A program made the translations under genes and the position numbers. Source: an uncultured Acidobacteriota bacterium (GTDB lineage: Bacteria > Acidobacteriota > Vicinamibacteria > Vicinamibacterales > 2-12-FULL-66-21). From it: 64,000 nt of DNA. The stretch is taken from the NCBI GenBank assembly GCA_963816725.1, contig CAWFMC010000009.1, positions 30,073 through 94,072 of the forward strand, written 5' to 3'. The notes under the pieces are model-generated. The model was not told the DNA's origin and searched no databases. It worked only from the letters and a program-made list of their open reading frames with translations. Within the stretch, counting starts at the first letter, position 1; each line of letters starts with the position of its first letter. Shown one piece after another: positions 1 through 10,398 of the stretch.

Positions 1-84
1 CGACCGCCCTGGGCACCTCCCGCCAGCACGGTCAACCCGCGCACAGCGCGGCACTTACGTCCGGTGCACCGCTGCCAGCCAGGC

Positions 85-99
85 TGGCACTGAAGCTGC
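85..99 (+). promoter_or_regulatory. candidate sigma-54 -24/-12 promoter (weak)
   Basis: TGGCAC-tgaag-CTGC with GG-N10-GC spacing, 91 nt upstream of ATG 190. The -12 box is CTGC rather than TTGC. Confidence 0.3.
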
Positions 100-189
100 C
101 TGAGTTCTCGAAATCTGGCGCGCTCGCAGTACGGTCAGTGGGGCTTGCAGATGTTTGCGCCGCCCGGTCGCGCCCTCGACGGAGACACC

Positions 190-895
190 ATGAGACAGAG
201 CAAGATCGCCGCGCTCGCGCTGGTCGCCCTCGCATCCGTGTGGGCCAGCCTCGCCGCCGCCCCGCAGGATCCTCCGCAAGTGAAGATCCCCGAGTCCGGG
301 GTGCCGCAGGTCATGACCATGGAGGGCAAGTTCGTCCGTGCGGCCTACAACAACGAGGGCTACGTCATCCTCGGTTATCAGCTCGCCAACAGTCTCGTCG
401 GCGAGGAGTGGATGCTGCTCGAGTTCGGCATCACCGTCCGCGATGGCGTCCCGAACTACACGTTGACCCGCAACGCGCTCTCACTCGACACGCCCGACGG
501 CAAGAACCTGCCCCTGCCGACGATCATGGAACACCGCGAGGCCAATACCGCCGCCCTGGAGAACCGCGCCAAGGTCCAGCGGGACTCGATCAACTACTTC
601 CCCCCGAGCGCGAGCCAGGCCTGCGGCGTGGTGTTCTTTCCTGACCTGACGTCCCGCGCGCTGCCGCGCGACGACATCGAGCTCAGCTCGCAGCGCGCCT
701 GTCTCGGGCGCCTCTATTTCCACGTGCCCGGGGGCATCAAGTACCGGGCAGTACTGGCTGAACGTCAAGTTCGAGAAGAGCCTCGTACGGGTGCCCTTCA
801 GAATTCTCACCGACGAGGAGGAGAAGCTCCTGTCGAAGAACTACAAGGACATCAGCAAGCAGGTCAAGGAAGCCTTCAAAAAGAAGCAGAGCTGA
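190..895 (+). pseudogene. secreted hypothetical protein, reading frame broken by a 1-nt indel near 745-751
   Basis: ATG 190 gives signal peptide MRQSKIAALALVALASVWASLAAAP. Frame 1 is protein-like to about 750. The protein-like, GC3-rich continuation YWLNVKFEKSLVRVPFRILTDEEEKLLSKNYKDISKQVKEAFKKKQS* (TGA 893-895) is in the +1 frame. The tail of track ORF 145..1140 is Arg/Gly/Gln low complexity. Confidence 0.6.
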
Positions 896-1179
896 CCGCG
901 GGCGCAGATCACTCTGTATTCGACGGATGCCGCGCCGCCCGCGGTTTCGGCACCCGTCGAATATGGCCGGACATGCAGCGCCTTTTGTGTCCCATATCGT
1001 TGTGGCTCGTAAGCGCCGCGCCCCGCTCCGCGGCTCTGGACCCCCGTTTTCGCGCTGCGGCACTGTCGCCATCCTTCCTGAAAGCGTCACACCGGTCACC
1101 GACATCTCTCGACGACGGCCGTGGTGCAACCTTGGTGTAGCATGAGCGCGTTTCAACCCCCATTCACGATGAGCCGTCG

Positions 1180-2595
1180 ATGACCGTGCCGGATCTGCTC
1201 GATCGCCTGATCGCCCACGCCACGCTCGGCAGTGCCCCGCGCGAGGAACTGGCGTGGCTGATCGCACACGGCTCGCTGCGGCGCCTCGACGAGGGCGAGG
1301 TCCTGAGCGCCAAGGGTGTCCCGGTTGCCGGTATGTTCGTGGTCCTGACCGGCCACATCGCCATCTTCGTGGACCGCGGCGCCGGCCGGCACAAGGTCAT
1401 GGAGTGGTGGGCGGGCGACGTCGCGGGGATCCTGCCGTACTCGCGCCTGGTCAGCCCGCCTGGTGACTCGATTGCCCAGGTCCCGTCCGAGATCCTGGCC
1501 ATCCCTCGCGCCGACCTGCAGGACATGACTCGCGATTGTCACGAGATCACCTCGGTGCTCGTGCACAAGATGCTCGATCGCAACCGGCAGTTCACGTCGG
1601 GTGGGCTTCACGATGAGAAGATGCTCTCGCTGGGCAAGCTGTCGGCCGGACTCGCGCACGAGCTGAACAACCCGGCAGCCGCGATCGAACGCGGCGCGAC
1701 GCAGCTGGCCGAGCGCCTGGAGCAGGTCGATCAAGCCGCGCGCGCGCTGGGGGCGTTGCCGCTGAGCGATTCCCAGCGGGCGCAGATCGACGGCATTCGC
1801 TCGTCCTCCCGTGGCGGACGGGCCGGAGGCGTGCTGTCGCCTATTCAACAGGCGGAACGGGAAGATGCGATCGCCGACTGGCTCGCGGCACGCGACGTCG
1901 AGGGCGACGTCGCCGGAGCGCTGGCCGAAACCGCCATGACGCTCGACGCGCTCGAGCAGATCGCCCACGGGCTGGATGGCCCGCCGCTCGGGGTGGTCCT
2001 CAGGTGGGCCGCCGCCGTCGCCGCGGCGCGCGGGATCACCTGCGAGATCCAGGAGGCAGCGCGACGGATCTCCGGCCTGGTGGCGAGCGTCAAGGGGTTC
2101 ACGCACATGGACCAGGCGACCGAGGCTGGCCGGGTGGATGTGGGCTCAGGTCTGAGCAATACGGTCGCAGTCTTGAAGGCAAAGGCGCGCTCGAAGTCGG
2201 TTGCCGTGACGGTCACGGTCGCGCCGGAGCTCCCGCGCGCCCGTGGCTTCGCCGGGGAGCTCAATCAGATCTGGGCGAACCTGATCGACAACGCGCTCGA
2301 CGCCGTTCCGACCGGCGGTCACGTGGAGGTGACGGCCGCGTGTGAGCAGCGGCGGATCGTCATTCGCGTCATCGACAACGGGCCGGGCATTCCAGCCGAG
2401 GCCCGCGAGCGCCTCTTCGAGCCGTTCTTCACGACCAAGCCGGTGGGGCAGGGCACCGGGCTCGGGCTCGACATCGTTCGCCGGCTCGTCAGCCACAATG
2501 ACGCCGAGATCGACTTCGAGACGGCGCCGGGGCGGACCGAGTTTCGCGTCCGTCTTCCGCTCGCGGACGTCGACAGGACTCAGGTCCACGCGTGA
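1180..2595 (+). CDS. cyclic-nucleotide-binding domain sensor histidine kinase
   Basis: 471-aa ORF. N-terminal cNMP-binding-type region (GMFVVLTGHIAIFVDRGAGRHKVMEWWAGDVAG), H-box LSAGLAHELNNPAAAI, and HATPase_c boxes (ANLIDNALDA, DNGPGIP, GTGLGLDIV). Confidence 0.85.
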   Translation: MTVPDLLDRLIAHATLGSAPREELAWLIAHGSLRRLDEGEVLSAKGVPVAGMFVVLTGHIAIFVDRGAGRHKVMEWWAGDVAGILPYSRLVSPPGDSIAQVPSEILAIPRADLQDMTRDCHEITSVLVHKMLDRNRQFTSGGLHDEKMLSLGKLSAGLAHELNNPAAAIERGATQLAERLEQVDQAARALGALPLSDSQRAQIDGIRSSSRGGRAGGVLSPIQQAEREDAIADWLAARDVEGDVAGALAETAMTLDALEQIAHGLDGPPLGVVLRWAAAVAAARGITCEIQEAARRISGLVASVKGFTHMDQATEAGRVDVGSGLSNTVAVLKAKARSKSVAVTVTVAPELPRARGFAGELNQIWANLIDNALDAVPTGGHVEVTAACEQRRIVIRVIDNGPGIPAEARERLFEPFFTTKPVGQGTGLGLDIVRRLVSHNDAEIDFETAPGRTEFRVRLPLADVDRTQVHA

Positions 2596-4250
2596 CCAAA
2601 CCCGTCCTCCTGGCGGTTGACGACGATACGCAGGTGCTGGCCGCGGTGCGCCGTGATCTCCGATCACGCTACCGGGAGTCGTACACGATCATCAGCGCGA
2701 CGTCAGGCGAGGAAGCCCTCGCCACGATCCGCGAGCTGAAGGCGCGAGGGGATGCGTTGGCGGTCGTGATCAGCGACCAGCGGATGCCGGGGATGCACGG
2801 AACCGATCTCCTCGCACAGTCCCGCGAAACGTATCCGCTGGCCCGCCGCGTGCTCCTGACGGCGTACTCGGATATCGACGCGGCGATCAAGGCGATCAAC
2901 GACGCGCACCTCGATCACTACCTCGCCAAGCCGTGGGATCCTCCCGAAGAATGTCTGTTTCCCGTGATCGACGACCTGCTCGACGGCTGGCAGGCGGAGT
3001 ACCTGCCCGAAGCCAAGGGGCTCAGGCTCGTGGGCCATCAATGGTCGCCCCGATCTCACGCCATCAAGGACTTCCTTGCCGGTAACCTGATCCCCTACCG
3101 TTGGCTCGACGTCGCGCGATCGCCGGACACCCAGGCCCTGCTGGACGCCGCCGGTCTGGCGAGCGACGAGCTCCCGGCGCTCTTCTTCGAGGATGGCTCG
3201 GTGCTGCGCAATCCCGAGCCGCGTCAGGTTGCCGAGCGTCTCGGTCGCTCGCTGTCCGCGGCCCTCACGCTTTACGATCTGGTTATCGTCGGCGCCGGAC
3301 CGTCGGGTTTGGCAGCCGCTGTGTACGGCGCCTCGGAGGGGTTGCGGACCCTGCTGCTCGATCGCCATTCGCCGGGCGGGCAGGCGGGCAGCAGTTCCAG
3401 GATCGAGAACTATCTCGGGTTTCCGACCGGCGTGAGCGGCAGCGAGCTGACCCGGCGGGCTGTGAGCCAGGCGCAGCGGCTCGGAGCGGAGTTGATCGTG
3501 CCGCTCGAGGTCACCGGCGTGACCATCGACGCCGGGTACAAACGGCTGATGCTCAGCGACGGCCGCGCCGTCGTGTCGCGAACGATGCTGATTGCGACGG
3601 GCATGGAATACCGCGAGCATCCCGCGGCGGGTGTGATGGCCCATGCCGCGGCTGGCGTGTATCACGGCGCCGCGAAGACCGAGGCGCCGGCGTTCAGGGA
3701 CCGGCGCGTTCTCGTCGTCGGCGGCGGCAACTCGGCGGGGCAGGCGGCGATGTATCTTGCCCGCTACGCGACCGAGGTGCACATCGTCGTCCGCCGCCCG
3801 TCCCTGCGGGACACGATGTCGCACTACCTGCTCGAGCAGATCGAGAAGACGCCGAACATCCACGTCAGAGTCGAGACCGAGCTCGAGGGAGTGGAAGGGA
3901 CGGATCAGGTCGAGCGGGTGGTGCTGCGGCTCAACGACGGAACAACCCAGGTCGAGAACATGGACGCGGTGTTCGTCTTTATCGGCACCAGGCCGCGCAG
4001 CGAGTGGCTGCTGCCCGACGTGCTGCGCGACGACAAGGGTTTCGTGATCACCGGCCGGGACTTGACGACCGACGCCAGATTCGCGCGCACCTGGAAAGAG
4101 CGGCGCGAGCCGATGGCGCTCGAGACCAGCATTCCTGGTGTATTCGCCGCCGGCGACATTCGCGCCGGCGCGATGAACCGGGTGGCGTCAGCGGTTGGCG
4201 AAGGATCGATGGCGGTCCGGTTCGTCCACGAGTATCTCGCGCTGACGTGA
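2592..4250 (+). CDS. response regulator fused to glutaredoxin-like and thioredoxin-reductase-like FAD/NAD(P) domains (no redox cysteines)
   Basis: GTG start overlaps the upstream stop (GTGA). REC domain ([25 protein letters not shown]), FAD GxGxxG ([13 protein letters not shown]), NAD(P) site ([19 protein letters not shown]), and C-terminal GDIRAG. GAAKTE occupies the position of the CATC active site. Confidence 0.85.
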   Translation: MTKPVLLAVDDDTQVLAAVRRDLRSRYRESYTIISATSGEEALATIRELKARGDALAVVISDQRMPGMHGTDLLAQSRETYPLARRVLLTAYSDIDAAIKAINDAHLDHYLAKPWDPPEECLFPVIDDLLDGWQAEYLPEAKGLRLVGHQWSPRSHAIKDFLAGNLIPYRWLDVARSPDTQALLDAAGLASDELPALFFEDGSVLRNPEPRQVAERLGRSLSAALTLYDLVIVGAGPSGLAAAVYGASEGLRTLLLDRHSPGGQAGSSSRIENYLGFPTGVSGSELTRRAVSQAQRLGAELIVPLEVTGVTIDAGYKRLMLSDGRAVVSRTMLIATGMEYREHPAAGVMAHAAAGVYHGAAKTEAPAFRDRRVLVVGGGNSAGQAAMYLARYATEVHIVVRRPSLRDTMSHYLLEQIEKTPNIHVRVETELEGVEGTDQVERVVLRLNDGTTQVENMDAVFVFIGTRPRSEWLLPDVLRDDKGFVITGRDLTTDARFARTWKERREPMALETSIPGVFAAGDIRAGAMNRVASAVGEGSMAVRFVHEYLALT

Positions 4251-4274
4251 GCGGCGCCGGCTTGCCGGCACCGC
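4251..4274. terminator. hairpin between convergent genes (candidate bidirectional terminator)
   Basis: gcggcgccgg-cttg-ccggcaccgc, a 10-bp stem with one mismatch and a 4-nt loop. It lies directly after the TGA at 4248-4250 and before the stop of the minus-strand gene at 4294. Confidence 0.45.
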
Positions 4275-4293
4275 TCGTCCATCCCGCGACGAT

Positions 4294-4728
4294 CTACTTG
4301 AGCATCACTTCTCGCGCGTAGGTGGTCGCGACCACCTCCCGGTACTTGCTTCGGTCCTGGTATCCCTGCATTTGCGCCTGATCCGTGCCCTGAATCTGCT
4401 CACCGAGCGCATCGGATTTCTCTTCGTTGGCTTCCAGGGAGGCGAGGCTGGCGTACTCCCTCAGGATCATGAGATTCCACGTCCCGCCATCATCCATCGT
4501 CCGCAGGATCTTGTAAGACTTCTGGAAGCCTGCCTTGATCTGCGCGTCCTCTGACTTCTTGAACTGTCCGTCCAGGTACTGCATGTACATCTGGTCCATC
4601 CCTGAGGCGATGCGGATGGTGGTGACCGTCCACACGGTCCCATTGCTGAAGTATTTGTGGACCTGGCCGGCAACGGTGGCACTGAGGGCGACGGCGAGAC
4701 ATCCCGCGAGAAGCGTTTTCTTCAGCAT
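4294..4728 (-). CDS. secreted hypothetical protein
   Basis: ATG 4728 is preceded by GGAGGA. Signal peptide MLKKTLLAGCLAVALSATVAGQ. No recognisable domain. GC is visibly lower than in neighbouring genes. Confidence 0.65.
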   Translation of the reverse strand: MLKKTLLAGCLAVALSATVAGQVHKYFSNGTVWTVTTIRIASGMDQMYMQYLDGQFKKSEDAQIKAGFQKSYKILRTMDDGGTWNLMILREYASLASLEANEEKSDALGEQIQGTDQAQMQGYQDRSKYREVVATTYAREVMLK

Positions 4729-4920
4729 TTGATGGTCCTCCAGCGATCGATGACGGCATCCGCACTCCGGATGGAGCAGCGGATCGAGACGCAGCACGGC
4801 CCTTCCGGGATCGCACAAATCCGCGGGGACGTGAAAGGCCGCGTCGGGCTGTCTCGATGTGAGGCGACTATACTCGATCCAGCCCAGCCATTGTGTAGAA
4901 TCGAGCGAAGCGGGCTCGTC

Positions 4921-5634
4921 TCACGGCCGTGACTGCCACTGCTTCTGCAGGTCGCGCAGCAGGGCAATCGCTTCGTCGGCGGTGTCGACACACTGCGGAA
5001 TCTGCAGGTCCTGCGGATTGGCCAGCGCGAGCCGGGGATCCAGCATGCTCGTCCCGGCCCAATCGACGAGACCCTTCCACATCCGGCCGACCAGAATCAG
5101 CGGGACGTTCTCGACGTGCCGCACCTGCAGCAGTTGCCAGACCATCAGCGTCTCGAGGACCGTGCCGATCCCGCCCGGCACGACGACGAAGGCGTCGGAG
5201 GCAATGACGAAGTGGTGCAGGCGGGTGAAGAACGTTTCGTGCTCGAACACCTCCTGCACGAACGGATTCGCCTCCTGCTCGAACGGCAGCTCGACGCGAA
5301 TGCCGAGGGACCCGACCGCGCCGCTGGCACGGGCGCCCTCGTTGGCCGCCTGCATCAGGCCGGGTCCGCCGCCGGTCACGATGTCGCAGTCGAAAGAGGC
5401 GAAGGCCGCGGCAAGGCGCTTCACTTCGTCGTAGACGAACGTTCCGGGTTTGGCCCGCGCCGAACCGAAGATCGTGACCCGGTATCGCGCGCGCTTCGCC
5501 GGCTTGAGCCGCGTAAGGTTGTTGACCACCTTCCACAGGTCGAGCACCGTCGTCCTGACGATTTCCTTGACGCCTTCCTCGTCTGACAGGCTGACGGGAC
5601 GGCCTCCCTCGGATCCACGCGGTGTGCTGGGCAT
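4921..5634 (-). CDS. LOG family (TIGR00730-type) nucleotide phosphoribohydrolase
   Basis: Motifs VTIFGSARAKPG, GGGPGLMQAANEGA and PGGIGTVLETL (PGGxGTxxE). Confidence 0.85.
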   Translation of the reverse strand: MPSTPRGSEGGRPVSLSDEEGVKEIVRTTVLDLWKVVNNLTRLKPAKRARYRVTIFGSARAKPGTFVYDEVKRLAAAFASFDCDIVTGGGPGLMQAANEGARASGAVGSLGIRVELPFEQEANPFVQEVFEHETFFTRLHHFVIASDAFVVVPGGIGTVLETLMVWQLLQVRHVENVPLILVGRMWKGLVDWAGTSMLDPRLALANPQDLQIPQCVDTADEAIALLRDLQKQWQSRP

Positions 5635-5722
5635 GATGTGCGCATCATAGCAATCCTCCGCGCACTCGCCTGTTGCAGGCGCAATCGCGGCAAGGGGTGG
5701 GTACCTGCTCGGCGAACGAGGG

Positions 5723-6220
5723 CTATCGCGCGGCTTTGCGCCTGGGGCGCTGCTTCGCCGAGATCGATCGCACGATCAGGCGACCACGCCCTCGCGGAGG
5801 GAGCGGAACCTTCGCGCTGGAGAGGGCAGCCGCGATGATCGCCTCGACGGCAGGCTCGGACAGCGTCGCCGCCGAGTCGAGCCGGAGGAACCGTGTCTGC
5901 TTGCCCTCGCCCTGGAGCAGGCCATGCGGATCCGGGAGGCTGGCGCCGCGCAGCAGGCACAGGCTGATGCGGCCGGCTTGCGCGGCCATGGACAGGATCG
6001 CGTCGGAGGGCCGCTCGCTCCCGCTGTAGCCGATCACGAAGAAGTTGTAGTTGTCGTAGACCATCTCGTGAGCCGTCGGCAGGCGGCGGCGCAACGCACG
6101 CCGAACCGCACGGATGCGGCGCCGGTCCGCAGCGTCGAACTTCGATATGAAGGTGTCGACCTGCGCGGCAGCATCCACAACCGCCGCCGGTACCTTCCGC
6201 GTGACGCGAGCCTTGGCCAC
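5723..6220 (-). CDS. DUF1801 (YdhG-like) domain protein
   Basis: The C-terminal 165 aa of the 272-aa track ORF are protein-like (FISKFDAADRRRIRAVRRALRRRLPTAHEMVYDNYNFFVIGYSGSERPSDAILSMAAQ). GTG 6220 was chosen as start because the upstream part is low-complexity. Confidence 0.5.
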   Translation of the reverse strand: MAKARVTRKVPAAVVDAAAQVDTFISKFDAADRRRIRAVRRALRRRLPTAHEMVYDNYNFFVIGYSGSERPSDAILSMAAQAGRISLCLLRGASLPDPHGLLQGEGKQTRFLRLDSAATLSEPAVEAIIAAALSSAKVPLPPRGRGRLIVRSISAKQRPRRKAAR

Positions 6221-6392
6221 AGCATGGTCAATATACGCCGGCCGCGGCGATGTTACGCGGGTACAATGCTCGACCGCGACGGCGCAGGCAGGAGCCCTAT
6301 GATGGCGATCCGCGAACTCACGAAGATGTACGGCTCCATGCGGCGCAGCCGTTCTCGTCATTGTTGCTGCGGCCGACGCGTCCGAACGGAGG

Positions 6393-7310
6393 ATGTGCGT
6401 GAAACGAGTGCTGCGATGGTCCGGTATGGTCTTGATCGGCCTCGCCGGCGTATTGGTTCTCGCTGGTGCGGTGGTGTACGCGCTCAGCGCGCGACGGCTG
6501 CAGCGGGTGCATGTGGTGACGATCGTGGCGCCTGGCGCCATCCCGACCGACCCGGGGGCCTACGAACGCGGACGGCACATCGCGACCGCGATGGGGAGCT
6601 GCGCGTTGTGCCACGGCGCTGACCTCGGTGGGCAGCTTCTCGGGCCGGAGGGTCCGATCGGCACCCTGGCGGCGCCGAATCTCACCAGAGGCAGGGGGGG
6701 CCTTGGCGCGTCATTCACGGATGCCGACTGGGTTCGGGCCATCCGGAACGGCGTACATCGCGACGGCACGACGTTCCTGGTGATGCCCAGCGAAGCGTTC
6801 GTCTACATGAATGAGCCGGACACCGCCGCCCTGATCGCCTATCTCGAGCGGATGCCGCCGGTCGACCGCGAGATGCCGAGGAGTCGCCTGGGGCCGCTTG
6901 GCCGCACGCTGCTGGTCCTGGGACGGTTCTCTATCCTCACGGCCGAGAAGACGCCGGCCCTCCGGTATCCCGAGGTGATCGACCCGGGTCCGACCGCCGC
7001 CTACGGCCGTTATCTGGCCAATTTCATGGGCTGTCACGGCTGTCACGGCTTCGGGCTGTCCGGCGGTCCTGTCGCGGGCCCACCGAATACGCCGCCGGCC
7101 TCGAACCTCACTCCGGACCCGCAGACCGGGATTCCCCACTGGACGGAGGCCGACTTCGTGCACGCGGTGCGTCAAGGTGTCCGGCCGGACGGCCGCCCCA
7201 TCGACACCTTCATGCCGTGGCCCTACTTCGCTGGACTGACTGACGTCGAGGTCTCGGCACTCTGGCAATACGTGCGGAGCGTGCCGCCGAAGCCTTACGG
7301 CAACAAGTGA
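6393..7310 (+). CDS. membrane-anchored dihaem c-type cytochrome
   Basis: N-terminal TM helix (MVLIGLAGVLVLAGAVVYAL) and two CxxCH motifs (CALCHG, CHGCHG). GGAGG abuts ATG 6393, so GTG 6399 is an alternative start. Confidence 0.8.
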   Translation: MCVKRVLRWSGMVLIGLAGVLVLAGAVVYALSARRLQRVHVVTIVAPGAIPTDPGAYERGRHIATAMGSCALCHGADLGGQLLGPEGPIGTLAAPNLTRGRGGLGASFTDADWVRAIRNGVHRDGTTFLVMPSEAFVYMNEPDTAALIAYLERMPPVDREMPRSRLGPLGRTLLVLGRFSILTAEKTPALRYPEVIDPGPTAAYGRYLANFMGCHGCHGFGLSGGPVAGPPNTPPASNLTPDPQTGIPHWTEADFVHAVRQGVRPDGRPIDTFMPWPYFAGLTDVEVSALWQYVRSVPPKPYGNK

Positions 7311-7491
7311 TCGACGGGGAAACGTTCATGCGTTGCATGACCTTTTCCCCACAATGCTGACGCGGTGATCAGCGAACTCCCCGGAATCGGCGGCGGGCAG
7401 ACGAACGTCCACATCGCAGCGCCAATTCCCGGAGATCTGAGGCCGACGTTCCTCCCGAATGGAGCTCGGACGGCCATCGCGGCGTGCGCCG

Positions 7492-7506
7492 CGGCACCGC
7501 AATTGC
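7492..7506 (+). promoter_or_regulatory. candidate sigma-54 -24/-12 promoter
   Basis: CGGCAC-cgcaa-TTGC, 174 nt upstream of the ATPase ATG 7680. Confidence 0.45.
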
Positions 7507-7679
7507 GAGAGGCCCAACCGCGTGGGTGGCATCTGCCACTCACACCGACTCTTCGACATCATGGCTCCATCGAGCGGACGACGCCGCGCAGGTCAGCAGC
7601 CTGAGGTCGTCACCGCTGCAACGGTGAAACCCGCAGGCCGCCGGTTGACCGGCGTCCGGCGGCGTTTTGAGGGCTCGTC

Positions 7680-9584
7680 ATGAGCGTTGTGGCGCAATCA
7701 CTGTCACGGCACATGCGGCCTGCCGCGCTCACGGGTGAGTGGTGGCCAGGTGCCGCGGCGCGCGCATCAGGCATCGCCATCCTGGCACTCGCCGGCATCC
7801 TCACGCATGTGGCGCTGCGCTGGGGCGTCGGCGCGTCCGCCGCCGCGTCGGCGCTCCCGCTCTATGTGGTGCTCGCCGCCGGCGGTGTTCCACTGGTACT
7901 GACCCTCGGCCTCAAGCTCGTTCGCCGCGAGTTCGGCTCCGATCTCCTGGCGGGAATCTCCATCATTGCGGCAGTGCTGCTCGGGGAATACCTGGCCGGC
8001 GCGCTGGTCGTGCTGATGCTCTCGGGCGGCGAGGCGCTCGAGGCGCTCGCACTCGGGCGCGCCTCGTCTGTCCTGCAGGCCCTGGCGCGCCGCATGCCGC
8101 TCGTGGCCCATCGGCGCGTCAACGGCCAAGTCTTCGAGCTGTCCCTCGAGCATGTGGAGATCGGCGACGAGTTGATCGTCTACCCGCACGAGATCTGTCC
8201 CGTAGATGGTGTGATCATCGAAGGCCACGGCGTGATGGACGAGTCGTATCTCACGGGCGAGCCCTTCATGATGCCGAAGGCGCCCGGATCCGAGGTGTTC
8301 TCCGGCGCCGTCAATGGCGACAGCGTGGTGACGCTCCGGGCCACGCGGGCGGCGATCGACTCGCGCTACGCGCGGATCATGAGCGTCATGCGGGATTCCG
8401 AGCAGCGACGGCCGCAGCTCCGCCGGCTGGGCGATCAGCTTGGCGCCTGGTACACGCCGATCGCGCTGGCGCTGGCCATCGCGGCGTGGCTGTGGAGCGG
8501 CGAGCCGGTCCGATTCCTCGCGGTGCTGGTCGTCGCCACTCCATGTCCGCTGCTCATCGGCATCCCGGTGGCAATCATCGGAGCCATCTCGCTGGCAGCC
8601 AAGCGTGGCATCATCATCCGCGACCCCGCGGTGCTGGAACGGATCGACCGCTGCCGTACGGTCATCCTCGACAAGACCGGGACCTTGACCTACGGCGAGC
8701 CGACCTTGACGGATCGGCTCGTCGCGCCGGGCATGGACGACGCCGTGGTGCTGCGGTCGGCGGCCAGCCTCGAGCGGTACTCGAAGCACCCGCTGGCAAA
8801 GCCCATTCTCGACGCCGCCGCGCAGCAGCATCTCGCGCCGGTCGACGCCAGCGAGGTGCGCGAGCGCCCTGGCGAAGGTCTGGAGGGTGACGTGGACGGC
8901 CGGCAGGTGCGAGTCCTCGGACGGCATCGGGCCGCAGCGATGGGCTACGGCAGCACGCTGCCGCCGGCCTCGACCGGCCTCGAATGCGTGATCCTGCTCG
9001 ACGGACAGTATGCCGCGACCTACCGGTTCCACGACGCGCCCCGCGCCGACAGCCAGTCCTTCATCACGCATCTGCGGCCCCGGCACCGGCTCGAGCGCGT
9101 CCTCCTCGTCTCAGGCGATCGCGAGAGCGAGGTGCGCTATCTCGCTGATCGCGTCGGGATCCAGGCAATCTACGCCGGCCAAACGCCTGAACAGAAGGTG
9201 GCCATCACCCAGGAGGAGACTCGCCGTGCGCCGACGCTCTTCATCGGCGACGGCATCAACGACGCGCCGGCGCTCGTGACCGCAACCGTGGGTCTGGCCT
9301 TCGGGCACCACAGCGAGATCACCACCGAGGCGGCGGGTGCCGTGATCATGGACACGTCGCTCAAGCGGGTCGACGAACTGTTTCACCTGGCGCGGCGCAT
9401 GCGCCGTATCGCGCTCCAGAGTGCGATCGGCGGGATGGCGCTGAGCATCCTCGGGATGTTCATCGCTTTCGGCGGATGGCTGCCGCCGGTCGGCGGCGCG
9501 GTGTTTCAGGAGATCATCGATCTGGCCGCCGTGGTCAACGCGCTTCGCGCGGCCGTTCCAGGTGGCACGCTGAGTGACTACTGA
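7680..9584 (+). CDS. heavy-metal P1B-type ATPase with TPCP transmembrane motif, no N-terminal metal-binding domain
   Basis: TGEP, DKTGTLT, SKHPL and GDGINDAP motifs. The TM motif is [11 protein letters not shown] (PCP instead of CPC). No CxxC domain at either end. Confidence 0.9.
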   Translation: MSVVAQSLSRHMRPAALTGEWWPGAAARASGIAILALAGILTHVALRWGVGASAAASALPLYVVLAAGGVPLVLTLGLKLVRREFGSDLLAGISIIAAVLLGEYLAGALVVLMLSGGEALEALALGRASSVLQALARRMPLVAHRRVNGQVFELSLEHVEIGDELIVYPHEICPVDGVIIEGHGVMDESYLTGEPFMMPKAPGSEVFSGAVNGDSVVTLRATRAAIDSRYARIMSVMRDSEQRRPQLRRLGDQLGAWYTPIALALAIAAWLWSGEPVRFLAVLVVATPCPLLIGIPVAIIGAISLAAKRGIIIRDPAVLERIDRCRTVILDKTGTLTYGEPTLTDRLVAPGMDDAVVLRSAASLERYSKHPLAKPILDAAAQQHLAPVDASEVRERPGEGLEGDVDGRQVRVLGRHRAAAMGYGSTLPPASTGLECVILLDGQYAATYRFHDAPRADSQSFITHLRPRHRLERVLLVSGDRESEVRYLADRVGIQAIYAGQTPEQKVAITQEETRRAPTLFIGDGINDAPALVTATVGLAFGHHSEITTEAAGAVIMDTSLKRVDELFHLARRMRRIALQSAIGGMALSILGMFIAFGGWLPPVGGAVFQEIIDLAAVVNALRAAVPGGTLSDY

Positions 9585-9836
9585 CGCCAGTCCACTGGGC
9601 CATCGTCAAGTGTCGCGTCCATCGCACTGGCGGGACGTGCCGTTACCGAGACGCGGTTTCGGCAAGTCGGCACACGGAGGCGATCGCGGAATCCCTGAAC
9701 GGCGGAGCGAGTGCTCGCCGCCCGGGCGCCGCGCCCCGTGCGAACGGACCACAACGGCCGAACGATCATCGCCGCTAGTCTACTTCCGCTGACGCACCCG
9801 CCAGGTCGCTCTGCCCGACGTCAGCACGCGATGCGT

Positions 9837-10334
9837 TCAGGCCTCAGCGACGGCAATCAACGCGTCCTGATGGACGAAGTCGCGCTCAGGCTGCTTGACG
9901 GTCAGGACCGGGCACGCCGCCAGCCGGACCACGCGCTCGGCGACACTTCCCATCAGCAAGTGCGCGAAGGCACCCCGGCCATGTGTGCCCATGACGATCA
10001 GGTCGACTCGATATTCGTTGGCGTATTCGATAATGGCCGCGGCGGGCGCGGCCGCGGTCACGACCGCCGGGGTGATTGCTGGGCCGCCGTCGTAGGCGTC
10101 CAGCACCAGGTCCTTCAATCGACGACGCGCATCGCCTTCCATCTGCTGCTGGAGCTCGGGACCGATCACGCTGAACCCTTCCGTGCCGAAGGCTCCGGGG
10201 GGAAACGTCTGGACGACATGCAGCACGTGCAGCGTGGCGCCGAAGCGACTCGCGAGCTCACGGCCATAGGCGCAGGCCGCGTCGGAGGCCTCGCTGAAGT
10301 CGGTCGCGACGAGAATGTGCTTCAGGCTAATCAT
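9837..10334 (-). CDS. universal stress protein (UspA family)
   Basis: ATG 10334 with GGAGG upstream. MISLKHILVATDFSEASDAA, IVMGTHGRGAFAHLLMGSVAERVVRLAACPVLTV. Confidence 0.85.
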   Translation of the reverse strand: MISLKHILVATDFSEASDAACAYGRELASRFGATLHVLHVVQTFPPGAFGTEGFSVIGPELQQQMEGDARRRLKDLVLDAYDGGPAITPAVVTAAAPAAAIIEYANEYRVDLIVMGTHGRGAFAHLLMGSVAERVVRLAACPVLTVKQPERDFVHQDALIAVAEA

Positions 10335-10383
10335 GATGACCTCCGCCAGGTGTGAAGGACCGCCGACGACGATTGTTTGATCC

Positions 10384-10398
10384 GCAAGCGCCGTACCG
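10384..10398 (-). promoter_or_regulatory. candidate sigma-54 -24/-12 promoter
   Basis: The minus strand reads CGGTAC-ggcgc-TTGC, 50 nt upstream of ATG 10334. Confidence 0.5.

Noticed and set aside
7561-7683. The 41-codon Arg-rich ORF upstream of the ATPase as an independent gene.
   Set aside because: An ORF of this size and composition is expected by chance in high-GC DNA. It is kept only as a note within the ATPase finding because of the ATGA overlap.
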